Virus record (IMG/VR): IMGVR_UViG_3300025678_000003
Location: 1-53,473 of that record
DNA from: a virus
Length of the DNA: 53,473 bases
Strand: one strand, 5' to 3'
Below are positions 9,201 through 18,306 of this stretch, piece by piece. A program made the translations under genes and the position numbers. The stretch's first letter is position 1. Every line of letters starts with the position of its first letter. A model generated the notes under the pieces. The model worked only from the letters and a program-made list of their open reading frames with translations. It ran no database searches and had not been told where the DNA came from.

Positions 9201-10752
9201 GCAAGCCATCACCGATAGCAACCTTCAATGCCTCAACCGACGCCATGAGCTTTTTGATTTGCTGCTCAGGCGTGTCTTTCAGCGCATCAAACGCCTTTTT
9301 GGCAGCCCCCGCAGAGTCACCTGCGGACTTGATCGCGTCGCTGTAGGTGTTGTAGTTCTGCGTGATTGCCGCGACCGCCCGAATGGCGCGAGCATCGGGG
9401 ATGATTTCACGCAGGAAACTCAGACTGAGATTCTTCTTGGCAACCTCATCGAGCGTTTTACCGAAATCGCCGACACTGATACCCGCCTCACGCAAGGCAG
9501 CAGCGGCCTCGGGCGCCGGCGCAGAGAGCGACTTGATGGCATTTTCAATGCCGGTCGCCGCCTCGGGCACCGACAAGCCAGATCGCGTGAGCGTGACCAT
9601 CGCAGCCGACACTTGGTCAAGCGATACACCCGCCTGCCGAGCAGCGGGCAACACCGCGCCAAGATCCTGCGCGAGCTGCGGGAAAGTGACAATACCGTCA
9701 CGCACTGTGACAAACAGCTTGTCGTACACGCTATCAAGCTGGCTGACCTGCAGACCGTAGCTATTGAGCACCGAAATGCCGACGCGAGCAGCGGTATCGA
9801 TGTCGGTAAACCCGGCAATAGCCGCTTTTGACGCTTTCTCAAATACGGTCAGCGCGTTCTGCTCTGGAATGCCCGCCGAGATGATTTCGTACAAAGCGCG
9901 CAATGCGGTGGGCGCCTCAATGCCGATCGCCTGGGTGATTTCGAGCACTTTGCGCTTGAGCGATTCAAGCTGCGATCGACTGAAATCCGAAATGGAGCCG
10001 ATACGGGCAAGCCCCTGCTCAAAGGCAATAGCCGAACTGGCCGCACTCTTGAGGCCAACCCCGATAGCACTCGCGGTTGCCGCCACTGCGATGGCCTGCT
10101 GGTTAAAGTTTGTTGCCGCCGAACCAGCACCGCGCAGAGATTCCTCAACTTCACGAATTTTGGCGTTGAGATTAGCCTTCGCAACGGCCAGCTCATTGGT
10201 GGTAGCCGTGCCGCTGGCGCGCAGCACGTCATACGCTTCGCGCAGCTTGGCGATTTGCGCGCGGGCTTCATCAGTGCTGACCACGCCGAGCGTTTGCCGG
10301 GCAGCCTGGGCCGCGATGGCGCGCTGCGACGCCTCCAGCGCCCTGGCGAGCGCAGCCTGCTCGGCAGCGAGGTTCTTGGTGTCAACCCCGGCGGCGCGCA
10401 GCTCGCCGTCGAGCAGGCGAATCTTGTCTGCGATGGCACCGGCGGCTTTTTCTGCCGCCTTGAGATCGCGCTCGGCAACCTTGACCTCTGCCGCGAGCTG
10501 CTTAAAGCCGACATCGCCCTTGCCGAGTTTGCCGAGCACTCTGGCCAGCTCATCGCTACGGTCTTTCAGCTTGACGAGGTTGGCGTTAGCGTCGGCCGCG
10601 TCCTTTTGCAGATCCTTGAGCACCTCGATCTTGGCGGTGCGGGATTGCAACTCCTGAAAGGAACGAATCACCCCCGCCCGGAACGACGCGAGCGAGGCGT
10701 CGGCCTTGCTGGTGTCGTAGTTGAGGACGATGTCGTATTGCTTGACAGTCAT
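6286..10752 (-). CDS. Tail tape measure protein (1488 aa)
   Basis: Very long, Ala/Leu/Lys/Glu-rich, coiled-coil-like ORF directly after the tube and chaperone genes. Confidence 0.9.
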   Translation of the reverse strand: MTVKQYDIVLNYDTSKADASLASFRAGVIRSFQELQSRTAKIEVLKDLQKDAADANANLVKLKDRSDELARVLGKLGKGDVGFKQLAAEVKVAERDLKAAEKAAGAIADKIRLLDGELRAAGVDTKNLAAEQAALARALEASQRAIAAQAARQTLGVVSTDEARAQIAKLREAYDVLRASGTATTNELAVAKANLNAKIREVEESLRGAGSAATNFNQQAIAVAATASAIGVGLKSAASSAIAFEQGLARIGSISDFSRSQLESLKRKVLEITQAIGIEAPTALRALYEIISAGIPEQNALTVFEKASKAAIAGFTDIDTAARVGISVLNSYGLQVSQLDSVYDKLFVTVRDGIVTFPQLAQDLGAVLPAARQAGVSLDQVSAAMVTLTRSGLSVPEAATGIENAIKSLSAPAPEAAAALREAGISVGDFGKTLDEVAKKNLSLSFLREIIPDARAIRAVAAITQNYNTYSDAIKSAGDSAGAAKKAFDALKDTPEQQIKKLMASVEALKVAIGDGLLKGVITGVNALRDLAKEAAEMDKQALALAATLGGGALTAAVAALAARFGGLSTAAGASAAALAGFGGFQLGQTLADWSPKVKVFGDLLGGFLAAGVTDVSARFSLLKATIEGNAQAQEQARATIAANAETWREFNGVTASSRLAIADLTKKQRELNDQLDKAKNTAIDSLGKYGEALQPVTAAVDEAFNRVSKAINTAEGQVRQYQSRLAAAADSNKLLFDVAIAGIEQSAAQQAAAVERAIAKQEIAEAAGLQRIAKIHSDAGALRIAALQRYAVDAIAIVDKENQARLELAKKSGIDVAKVELQNRDEKIKVLQSLREAYKSNIDYFIGEEQRLLDKVKELSQKRRDFNLDADAKIRELGRGGLSEYQQRADRLLEIDQNLYAAREALEKGQTKQAEDFAKRAIALAGETAKAVTDADGKQVTQAQAIEEAQQRIIAARNLVNESIDKEAEAAKNSAAQFAKQREAAVAAFADIKSQLDQITALQDKEVKLRIAADTKVIDEEILKLRKAVEEQEVIQKVRLSIDRVKADIAEIKKLIEDGANEAVIQSATKQLAIDFKAAADALPAIGLKVDTKPVDEAFAKVKEAIDGFATQSITVKSNVADISQQIRDLSKIETTSKHTVLVTYVDAGGKAVSTPPVASPSPLAGFARGGLVGGASLPRFATGGLVGQVPGTGNSDSVLTYLLSGSYVLRKKAAEQLMANSRSLPGGRALPGGRSLPGDRSLDAGGILGAGDVGGASAGGVDKLIAQVKAAAVFGRAGLLDALMNETVNQQLGWLKKARTLYGPSAIDPSAETNTVQKGRDFQRAMSRDYIAAVARRDTAGADAITNQVVGAAETAIANLLGLKVGNRFDGFASGGGVPHGMLAMTTPGELVFNPAAVRAIGLPTLEALNAMRFNAGGLVPPGIAAMTDRLARFNMGGAVTNNASTNNTNNFGGVSVTINAGGTTDARQLARGLVDELNNIARRRK
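7032..7085 (-). repeat. Three tandem 18-nt repeats inside the tape measure gene (peptide SLPGGR/ALPGGR/SLPGDR)
   Basis: Read directly: caccgggcaacgagcggc / caccgggcaacgctcgac / cacccggcaatgatcgag. Confidence 0.8.
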
Positions 10753-10784
10753 GGGTTGGCGCTACTTTTTGGGGATAGAGTCGG

Positions 10785-11231
10785 CTAGTTCTGCGATGGC
10801 GGACTGGAAAGTGGCGTAGGGGTAGGACCAAGCGTTGGCGTGGCCGTGGCGGATGAGGGTGGCGACGCTTCGCTCGAGCTGCTGGCGGGCGTCTGCCCAT
10901 CCCTTGCGCGCACCACGTTGCTGGCGAGGAGCGCGCGCATGTTCTCCGTCGCCTGGAAAAAACTGGGGTTGGCCCGCTTGATGGCAGCGACCAGCGCGCC
11001 CATTTGCGAGGGCAATGCCGCGTCGAGATCGCCGGGCGCGAGATCACTCATGGCGTAGATGAGCGGCAGCGCGCAGCCATCCACCTCGATCAGCGAATCA
11101 AACGCATCGGGCTGATGCCCCGCAACGGCTTTGAGCTCCTCTCCGCGCAGATAGGCGCGGATTTGCGCAAGGGTGAGCTCGTGGACGACGACCTGACGGT
11201 CGCCTACGGGGACGGTGATTTGTGTTTGCAT
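10785..11231 (-). CDS. Putative tail assembly chaperone (148 aa)
   Basis: Lies between the tail tube and tape measure genes. Track ORF trimmed to the ATG at 11231 (MQTQITVPVGDRQVVVHELTLAQIRAYL...). No convincing frameshift partner was seen. Confidence 0.5.
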   Translation of the reverse strand: MQTQITVPVGDRQVVVHELTLAQIRAYLRGEELKAVAGHQPDAFDSLIEVDGCALPLIYAMSDLAPGDLDAALPSQMGALVAAIKRANPSFFQATENMRALLASNVVRARDGQTPASSSSEASPPSSATATPTLGPTPTPLSSPPSQN

Positions 11232-11426
11232 GGGGAACGCGAAAAGAAGGGACGGGCCGACGCATCGGGCGTGGAGGGCACAGTGGCCCCCGCGTTCCAA
11301 ACGGGCACTGCGCCCACCACGCACGACGCGCGCAGCAGGAGGAGGAGAACGAGGCGCCGGGCGCCAGCGGGAGGTGCGGCCCGCTGACAACCCGGCAGAC
11401 GATGGGCGCGCGGCGCCCGAATCGGC

Positions 11427-12221
11427 TTACGCGGCGTTCGGGATGCCGAAGCCGCGGATGAAGCCCAATTGACCAAGCAGACCGCCGGCCGACTTGGAGC
11501 TGTCGATCATCATGGCGCCCGAGCAGTTGATGGTGGAGTGCTCCGTGGTGTAGATCGCAAACGAGCCGTCGAGCGCGAGCTTGACGTTGTAGGCGCAGAA
11601 CTGGCCCGCCACACCGCCATCGGCGTTGTAGCCATTCATCAACACCACGTAGTTTTTCTGCGCGGCATTGAACAGGGCGGTACCACGCGGGTTTTGGTAG
11701 TTGTAAGCCGTGGCAACAATCGGGCCGGTGATGTCGCGCAGCCAGCGGATGGAGCCAAACGTGGCGTTCAGCTCGTAGTCCGTGCCGGCTACCAGTGCCA
11801 CCGCGTTACCGGTGAGCGTGAGACCGGTGATGTTCATACGACCCAACTGGCTATAGTCGCCTACCGTGACGACCGCTGCACCCGTAGACGCATTGAGCGT
11901 CTGGTTGGTGATGGCAACCGGCGCACCGTCGGCGGCCATATCGGTGCCGTTCATCCACGCCCGCAGCGATTGCAGCGTGGCATCACTGAACGACGCTTTG
12001 ATGGACGAGGTGCGCTTCTTGACGCGACTGAACGCTAGCAACTCTTGCCCGGTGCAGCCGTTGTAGACCTCATGGACCTCCTGCGAGCTTTCGAGCTCAA
12101 GGGTTTCCTGACAGCCCGGATTGAAGGTTTTGCGCACTTGCGCAAAGACGTTGGTGGCGCTGGCGGCGAGCGAGAGATCAATTTCGCCGATCTGCAGATC
12201 GCCGTAGAAGGCGTATTTCAT
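11427..12221 (-). CDS. Major tail (tube) protein (264 aa)
   Basis: Position upstream of the chaperone and tape measure, strong SD (GGAAAGG), beta-rich composition. Confidence 0.65.
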   Translation of the reverse strand: MKYAFYGDLQIGEIDLSLAASATNVFAQVRKTFNPGCQETLELESSQEVHEVYNGCTGQELLAFSRVKKRTSSIKASFSDATLQSLRAWMNGTDMAADGAPVAITNQTLNASTGAAVVTVGDYSQLGRMNITGLTLTGNAVALVAGTDYELNATFGSIRWLRDITGPIVATAYNYQNPRGTALFNAAQKNYVVLMNGYNADGGVAGQFCAYNVKLALDGSFAIYTTEHSTINCSGAMMIDSSKSAGGLLGQLGFIRGFGIPNAA

Positions 12222-12316
12222 GATTTACCTTTCCGGTGGGTTGGCTAAAACCGAAGGGCACGGCGATCAGGCGAGCGCCGCGTGGAACGCGGAAAGTGGA
12301 GAGACAGGGTTAACGC

Positions 12317-12577
12317 CTAGGCAGCAGGCGGATCGTTGACCAGCGTGGCGCCGCAGCCGGCACAAGGCGAGGCGAGCAGGCGCTTGCGGGTGACCGGCTT
12401 GTCGCTGACCTCCCAAATGACGCCATGCTTTTTGAGGAAAGCGGCTTCCTCACAATTGAACTCAAGCACCTCACCGGCACGGTACTGAATGCTGTTGTCC
12501 TCATGGTCGCGCAGCAGCTCGTATTTGCCGCACTTGGGCAAGGCTTCGCCAGCCTCGGCGGAGGTTTGATCCGACAT
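12317..12577 (-). CDS. Hypothetical protein (86 aa)
   Basis: ORF preceded by CAAAGGAAATCACC-ATG, the same 17-mer initiation context as the decoration gene. Confidence 0.6.
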   Translation of the reverse strand: MSDQTSAEAGEALPKCGKYELLRDHEDNSIQYRAGEVLEFNCEEAAFLKKHGVIWEVSDKPVTRKRLLASPCAGCGATLVNDPPAA

Positions 12578-12626
12578 GGTGATTTCCTTTGGTTGAGCGC
12601 CCCACCGGGGCGAGAGAAACTAGGCG

Positions 12627-13052
12627 CTACTTGCGCTGGTCGACGTGATACGCCTTGAGCGGCACCGATTGCGGCGCCAGCGTGATGAGCAGTTGATAGG
12701 CGGTGGCGTCAGCCGTCGCCTCGCGGAACAGCACCTCGACCGGGCGCACGCGCATCACACCTGGCGTTGTCCACGGCGCCTCAAGCGCGGCACAGAGGGC
12801 AACAAAGTAGCCGTCAAGCTCGGTATCGGTGTTGCTGGTGATGCTGATGGTGACGGCGAAATCCTGCGGCCACTCGCGCACATCAGCACCATACTGATAG
12901 CGCAGCACACCGGGGCCAACCCGCGCCGCCGGACGCTGCTGCCGCTCCACCGCAAATTCATGCGATCGCCGCACACCGCCAGAACCCCAGCCGCCAAGCG
13001 CTGTAACGCGGGCCTGAACCTCGGAGATGAATTGGAAGTAGATGGAGGGCAT
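12627..13052 (-). CDS. Putative tail terminator / tail completion protein (141 aa)
   Basis: Size and position just upstream of the tube gene. The functional call is positional only. Confidence 0.4.
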   Translation of the reverse strand: MPSIYFQFISEVQARVTALGGWGSGGVRRSHEFAVERQQRPAARVGPGVLRYQYGADVREWPQDFAVTISITSNTDTELDGYFVALCAALEAPWTTPGVMRVRPVEVLFREATADATAYQLLITLAPQSVPLKAYHVDQRK

Positions 13053-13055
13053 GGA

Positions 13056-15467
13056 CTAAAGCAATGTCGGAATAAGCGCCGAGTTGCCCTTGATGGCCGC
13101 GATACCGGCGTTGTCCGGCGCAGGCAACGCCGCAATCGCCGCCTGTGTCGCCGCGTTATCCGCCTGCAGCGCGGTCACCGCACCCAGCAGATCAGCCACC
13201 GTCGCCGGGTCGAACGCGATCAGTGCGGCCTGCGCTGCCGCCTGCGTGGCGGCGCCATCAAGTGGCGCCACGTAGCTCGACGTCGGGAACCGCGTTGAAA
13301 CGGCGGCGTCAAGGTAGGCAAGGCGTGCATCGGTCGCGAGTACCGGGTTTGTTGGAATCGCCGACACGCTCGTCTGGCTCGCCCTGGTCGCAAGCGTGCC
13401 GCCGACGCGCTCAAGGTCAGAGCGGATCGCCGCGACGAGCGCAACTTGGTCAACATTCGTGTTGCCGATTGCGCCGACGATTGCGTTCAGGATCTGCTGC
13501 CCATCCCCTTCATTGAGGATACCAGCTTGAACCGCCGTAGAGATGGCGTCCCGTTCCCCACCGGTCAGGCTGTACCCGGTTTTGTCGGAAACCGTCGTTG
13601 CGATGGACTGCACCAACGCTCCGGTGAACGCAAGCTGGTCAGTCTTGGCCTTGATTGCTGCAATGCCCGCGTTATCCGGCGCGACATAACTCGCCGCCAG
13701 AAGCGGTGTCGTCGGGATTGCCGTGACACTGGCCTGGGTTGCCCGAGTGCTGACAGCCGCGTCCATGCGGCCAAGTTCCGGCGCCAACTCAGTCCGCACT
13801 GCGGTTGGTACTGCATCGACGTGGGCCTTTTTCGCCAATACAGTGCTGGCTTCGATTGCGGCAAGCGTCAACACGGCGGTTCCCGTGGTAGCGTCTACGG
13901 GCACGCCAAGGGCAACCGATCCGGCAGGGGGAACTTTCAACGTGCCCGTCTGCGCACCACTGTTGTAGGCGGTTCCATCGCGCACATTCGCGGGCGCCGG
14001 GTAGTCTGTCGGATTGGCGCCAAATGTCTTGAGCACACCAGCATTGCTCTCGCGCATCTTGATCTGGCCATTTGAGCCAGCACGCACGAAGGTGCGCCCG
14101 GAGCACGCGGGCCAACCGCCGCTGCCGTCATCACTGCTGTCGATGGTGATGAACCCGCCGAGCGCGGTTTGCATTGTTCCGAACTGCGGCCCGGTGTTGC
14201 CACCGTTGGGATAGTCGTTACTGACCGCTTTTGTGACAAAGGCTGTGCCAGTCGAGTTGTTGACAAATCCGCAGCATGTTTGACTGCTGTTAGTGGACAC
14301 GCCACCGCGAGCGATGCCGTTGAGATTGAATGTTCCGGTAGACCAATTGCTAGCACCATAGTAGCCGCTGACGTTGCCAGTGCTTCCTACGGCGCCGTTG
14401 GTTCCGCTAAGATTCAGATTGAGGGTTGCCGCTGCTGACAAATTCATCACGACAGCGGAGCCATTGCCTCCGCTTACCGTTCCCGCCAATGCGTCACGAG
14501 CGTTAACCGTGAGCGTGCACGCCTGACTTGACTGCATCTGGATGACGCCTACGTTGTTGGGAACCCCTACGCGATGACCGTAGATGTCTCGACAATTGAC
14601 CGTTGTACTGGTGCCTGCGCCAGCTCCAGAGCTGACAAGCACCATCTGCGTCGCGGTGGAAGGCCAATAGATGTCGCCATTTCCACCGTTGACATTCAGC
14701 ACCGCCGGCCCACTGGTCGCGGCTTGGGCGAAGTTGACGGCAACGCAAGTGCCGGTTGGGATGTCTCCTGCGGTATTGATGGTCACCGCGGAAAAGACGC
14801 CGCCGGCAATTGTCACGCAACATTGTGCGGTGGTGTACCCCGCGATAGTGTTGTCTATGTTGGCTACCGTTACCGTATGCCCTGCACCCGTCCCGCCCAC
14901 AATGTAAATTCCGTTCGGCCCGGCTGTTCCAAAAGAAAGCGTCTTGGCGCCAACGACGTTGAAGTTGATTCCGAAGCTGACTGCCGTTCCGGTGATCGTG
15001 CCAGTGTGCGAAAGATTCGACCCCGACGAACTGACGCCTATTGCATTCGAGTTGCCGCCACCAGTTCCAGACTGCCAGTTTCCGGTCAGATTGACTGTGG
15101 ACCCGTTAGAGCCAGACATGGTCAGCACATTGCCACCGTTGCCAGTATTGCCGCGCGTGCCGTTGCCAACGAGGTTCAGCGTTCCGCTGGTGGCGAACAA
15201 ATTGAGCAGGCTGGTGGTGCTGTTGCAGATGAAGTTGGCGGTGACGGTGCGCGTGCTTGCGATGGTCGTGATGTTGACCCGCCCACCGGCAGCGATCACC
15301 GGAGAGGCTAGCGAATCATTGCGAATGCTGACAGCAGTTACATCCTGATCCAACGTAACCGTGAAGCCGTTGCAGTACACGTCGTCCAATGAGGTCGGCA
15401 GCGTGCCGCCATTCCACGTTGCGGCGGCAGACCAGTCGCCGTTCGCGACAGCGTAGCGAGTAGCCAT
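13056..15467 (-). CDS. Fibre / beta-helix protein (803 aa) with a repeated C-terminal module
   Basis: N-terminus is MATRYAVANGDWSAAATWNGGTLP. The centre is Gly/Asn/Thr-rich and beta-helix-like. The C-terminus repeats the motifs DAAVSTR and APDNAGIAAIK twice. Confidence 0.65.
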   Translation of the reverse strand: MATRYAVANGDWSAAATWNGGTLPTSLDDVYCNGFTVTLDQDVTAVSIRNDSLASPVIAAGGRVNITTIASTRTVTANFICNSTTSLLNLFATSGTLNLVGNGTRGNTGNGGNVLTMSGSNGSTVNLTGNWQSGTGGGNSNAIGVSSSGSNLSHTGTITGTAVSFGINFNVVGAKTLSFGTAGPNGIYIVGGTGAGHTVTVANIDNTIAGYTTAQCCVTIAGGVFSAVTINTAGDIPTGTCVAVNFAQAATSGPAVLNVNGGNGDIYWPSTATQMVLVSSGAGAGTSTTVNCRDIYGHRVGVPNNVGVIQMQSSQACTLTVNARDALAGTVSGGNGSAVVMNLSAAATLNLNLSGTNGAVGSTGNVSGYYGASNWSTGTFNLNGIARGGVSTNSSQTCCGFVNNSTGTAFVTKAVSNDYPNGGNTGPQFGTMQTALGGFITIDSSDDGSGGWPACSGRTFVRAGSNGQIKMRESNAGVLKTFGANPTDYPAPANVRDGTAYNSGAQTGTLKVPPAGSVALGVPVDATTGTAVLTLAAIEASTVLAKKAHVDAVPTAVRTELAPELGRMDAAVSTRATQASVTAIPTTPLLAASYVAPDNAGIAAIKAKTDQLAFTGALVQSIATTVSDKTGYSLTGGERDAISTAVQAGILNEGDGQQILNAIVGAIGNTNVDQVALVAAIRSDLERVGGTLATRASQTSVSAIPTNPVLATDARLAYLDAAVSTRFPTSSYVAPLDGAATQAAAQAALIAFDPATVADLLGAVTALQADNAATQAAIAALPAPDNAGIAAIKGNSALIPTLL

Positions 15468-15838
15468 TACCCGGCCCCCTCAACCATTACAGTCTCGGTG
15501 ATCAGGAACTCCTGCAGCGCCGCGCCCATCATGGTCAACGCCTTGGCTAGTCGCGGGTTCTTGGCTGCATCTGTGTAGCCTTCCCCAAAAACGATGTTGC
15601 GGTCATGCGCGTCTGTCGGCGCCTCGATCGTGATGACTTGGCCGCCCTCCAGCTCGCTTTGCACGGTCTCAGTCGGGCGCACCACGCGGCCATCGCGCAC
15701 GTCATAGGGCTGGGCACGCAGCACGATCTGCGCCTCGACCCCGGCATCGCGAAACGCCGGCGACACGACCAGAGTCAGCGCGGCAAACCGGAATTCGCCC
15801 TGGTCGGTTTTGATCGGAATGGCGAAGCGGAAAGGCAT
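15467..15838 (-). CDS. Hypothetical structural protein (123 aa)
   Basis: ORF coupled to its neighbours within the connector module. Confidence 0.5.
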   Translation of the reverse strand: MPFRFAIPIKTDQGEFRFAALTLVVSPAFRDAGVEAQIVLRAQPYDVRDGRVVRPTETVQSELEGGQVITIEAPTDAHDRNIVFGEGYTDAAKNPRLAKALTMMGAALQEFLITETVMVEGAG

Positions 15839-15840
15839 GG

Positions 15841-16140
15841 CTACAGCTCCGTCTGCACAATTTCGTGCAGCGTCCCGTCTAAGTTGTACGAAAAGTCCTT
15901 GCGCGTGGTAGCGGCGCCGCGCACATAGTCGATGCGCTGCAAGCGGTACCCGTTGCCGGCGTCGTAGCTGAGCTGTTTGTAGCTACCGTCGTCATAGTCA
16001 ATGCGATCCAGTCGACCGCTTGCGTAACTCAGCAACGGCCCTATTGGAGCGGCTACAACACTTCCCGGATCAATCTGGTCGCCATCCGGGATGCGCTTTA
16101 CCTCGCCACCGTCAAGCACGAGCGGTTTGTGAAACGCCAC
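15841..16140 (-). CDS. Hypothetical protein with YD-repeat-like motif (99 aa)
   Basis: RLDRIDYDDGSYKQLSYDAGNGYRLQRIDY resembles YD/RHS repeat units. Confidence 0.45.
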   Translation of the reverse strand: MAFHKPLVLDGGEVKRIPDGDQIDPGSVVAAPIGPLLSYASGRLDRIDYDDGSYKQLSYDAGNGYRLQRIDYVRGAATTRKDFSYNLDGTLHEIVQTEL

Positions 16141-16148
16141 ATCAACCC

Positions 16149-16877
16149 CTAGCGGTGATAGACCGCGTCACCGATGGCAATGAAAATCTTGGTGGCCGTG
16201 ATGGCATGCCCAACCGACAGCGTAAACGCCGCCGCATCCAGCGGCGGCGTTTGCGTAAGCTGACCATCCACACCGCAAAACAGGCGATCTCCCGGCGTCC
16301 ACGCCCACCCATCGAATACGTGCTCGCCAGCCGATTGCACTACGACCGGCGACCCAATGGCGGCGGCAGCCTGGGCGATACCAATGACCTCGTCGCCATG
16401 AGTGCGCACCGCGTTGCTGGCATGCAGGCAACCGGCAGCACCCGACGAGACCACGAGACGATGCGCGGCGACCGCAGCAACAGCAACTTTGGTAAGCACA
16501 TCACCCCCCAAAACAGCGTCACCCGATGGCAGCGGCAACGGCGCTTTTGGATACGCCACCGCGACGCACTCAAGCGCGCATTGGCTATACCAGCCGGTGC
16601 TGCTGCGAAACGCTGGCTGGTTTCTGACGCGGTATTGCGCGCCGCCGTCGAGCACGGTGATGACGTCGTCTACCGCGAGGCCCGGCAGCGAGCCGGTTTC
16701 AAACTCGGCCTCGTAGTCGGTTTGCTGCGAGGCGCCGTCGAGATAGAGCTTGTCCGGCTGCCGGATGCCGATGTAGACGCCCGGATGCACCGTGCCATTG
16801 ATGGACACATCGCAGAGCGCGAGCATGCCCGCGCGAGCAAAGGCGTCCCAATGGGTGTCACGGGTCCAGCCGGGCAT
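16149..16877 (-). CDS. Putative head-tail joining / connector protein (242 aa)
   Basis: Position after the capsid gene. The N-terminal half resembles head-tail joining proteins. Functional call is weak. Confidence 0.4.
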   Translation of the reverse strand: MPGWTRDTHWDAFARAGMLALCDVSINGTVHPGVYIGIRQPDKLYLDGASQQTDYEAEFETGSLPGLAVDDVITVLDGGAQYRVRNQPAFRSSTGWYSQCALECVAVAYPKAPLPLPSGDAVLGGDVLTKVAVAAVAAHRLVVSSGAAGCLHASNAVRTHGDEVIGIAQAAAAIGSPVVVQSAGEHVFDGWAWTPGDRLFCGVDGQLTQTPPLDAAAFTLSVGHAITATKIFIAIGDAVYHR

Positions 16878-16890
16878 GGTGCCTCAGCGA

Positions 16891-17130
16891 CTACTCTGCG
16901 GTGGACGCCGGCAGCGCGGGGCGCGAGCCATCCTCGGCATTGAGCGGGAGCTTGGCGAGATCCTTGTCGTCGTCAGACTTGACATCAATCACGAAGCCGC
17001 GATCAACGAGACGATCAATCTCATCCTTCGGGAAATCTTTGGGCAGCTTTTCACCGGGATTGACAATGAAAAGGGGCTGACCGTTTTCGCCGGTACCACT
17101 GTGAATTGCAACGCGAGCCTGGAGTGCCAT
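16891..17130 (-). CDS. Hypothetical protein (79 aa)
   Basis: Track ORF trimmed to the ATG at 17130 (MALQARVAIHSG...), just downstream of the post-capsid terminator. Confidence 0.5.
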   Translation of the reverse strand: MALQARVAIHSGTGENGQPLFIVNPGEKLPKDFPKDEIDRLVDRGFVIDVKSDDDKDLAKLPLNAEDGSRPALPASTAE

Positions 17131-17143
17131 GTTGTGCAACCTT

Positions 17144-17172
17144 AAAAACAAAAAGCCGCCCGAAGGCGGCTT
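17144..17172 (-). terminator. Rho-independent terminator/attenuator after the major capsid gene
   Basis: The minus strand reads AAGCCGCC-TTCG-GGCGGCTT followed by TTTTGTTTTT. Confidence 0.7.
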
Positions 17173-17259
17173 GAGGAGAGACGGAGCCAGCCCCTTGCGG
17201 GGCCGGGGAGGCGGCCGGTGTGCGCGGCCAGAGCTACGCGGCGTTGCCGCCGCGTATCG

Positions 17260-18306
17260 TTAGCGGACGATGAGCGCTGCCGAGCAGTTGACCTTGCGCG
17301 CGGCGATCAGTGGCGCGCAGTGCGTGCCGATGTTGTGCGCCTCGCCGTCTTCACCCATCCACTCGTAGTGGTAGATGTCGGTTTGCGATTGGCCGTTGAG
17401 TTGTGCGGCCAAGTGCTGGATGCGCCCGTAGAGCTGGCGACCGCCCAAACCACTTTCACCGGGCGCCGACATCAGCACCGTGCCAACCGGCAGGTAACGC
17501 TGCTCGGTGCCGGAGTCATCCTCCCACGCGTCGTGGTAGACCTCGATCTCGAAACCGCCGATCATGCCCATGCGCTGCACTTTGGCAGCGGCCTGCGGCG
17601 TGATGTTGGGCAGCGGGCCACCAATGTCTTTGAAGAACTGAAATTTCTCCTTGACCTGGGTGCACTCGCGGAACAGCGCCCAATCTTCCGGCGTCATGGT
17701 GACCAGCGTGCCGGGCGCCTTGCCCTTGACGAAGATTTGCCGCGACAACGACTCGAAATCGGTGAGCGGCTGCGCGGTAGTGGGCGCCGTCCACAGACGA
17801 CCACCCGACAGCGCAACGGTGTTACCCGCATCGCGACCGAAATTGAGGTAGCGCGTGGGGTAGCGATCACCGCTGACGGTGTAGGCACCGAATTGCATGT
17901 ACTGCGAGCACATCCATTCGATGGTGCGCTCCACCGCCTCGTGATGCTGGCGCAGCGCGTTGGCGCGGCCCTGATTGAAGCGCTGCAGCGGCTCGGGGAT
18001 GCTGTTGATGGCCTCACCAAACGCACGATTGGTGAGATCGGCCGCCTGGATGCCATCGCGCAGCTTGATGTAAGCCGGCTGGTAGGTGTTGCTGCTGTAA
18101 CCGCTCTCGACGATCGGGCGACCATCGACATGCGGCATGACGAACGGCGCACGGATGCGCTTGTCGACCATCTCATCAAAGATGATGTTGTTGGTGGCCG
18201 AGAAGCGCTGCTGCGAGAACCAGCGTTGTTTGAAGTAGTTGGCGTCCGGCAGGGTGTAGCGAACAATCTCCTGCAGTTCGGCGTTGGTGTAGATGTCAAA
18301 TGCCAT
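17260..18306 (-). CDS. Major capsid protein, lambda gpE family (348 aa)
   Basis: MAFDIYTNAELQEIVRYTLPDANYFKQRWF...IIFDEMVDKRIRAPFVMP matches the Phage_cap_E pattern. Follows the decoration gene. Confidence 0.9.
   Translation of the reverse strand: MAFDIYTNAELQEIVRYTLPDANYFKQRWFSQQRFSATNNIIFDEMVDKRIRAPFVMPHVDGRPIVESGYSSNTYQPAYIKLRDGIQAADLTNRAFGEAINSIPEPLQRFNQGRANALRQHHEAVERTIEWMCSQYMQFGAYTVSGDRYPTRYLNFGRDAGNTVALSGGRLWTAPTTAQPLTDFESLSRQIFVKGKAPGTLVTMTPEDWALFRECTQVKEKFQFFKDIGGPLPNITPQAAAKVQRMGMIGGFEIEVYHDAWEDDSGTEQRYLPVGTVLMSAPGESGLGGRQLYGRIQHLAAQLNGQSQTDIYHYEWMGEDGEAHNIGTHCAPLIAARKVNCSAALIVR

Noticed and set aside
10586-11047. Possible -1 frameshift extension of the tail chaperone (gpG/gpGT style) using the ORF at 10586..11047.
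   Set aside because: The alternative frame is Arg/Pro-rich nonsense and runs 166 nt into the tape measure gene. No convincing slippery heptamer was seen within the chaperone ORF.
13056-13700. The duplicated C-terminal modules of the 803-aa fibre as a DGR template/variable repeat pair.
   Set aside because: No reverse transcriptase is present in the genome. Both copies are in frame within the same gene, and their differences are not adenine-specific.
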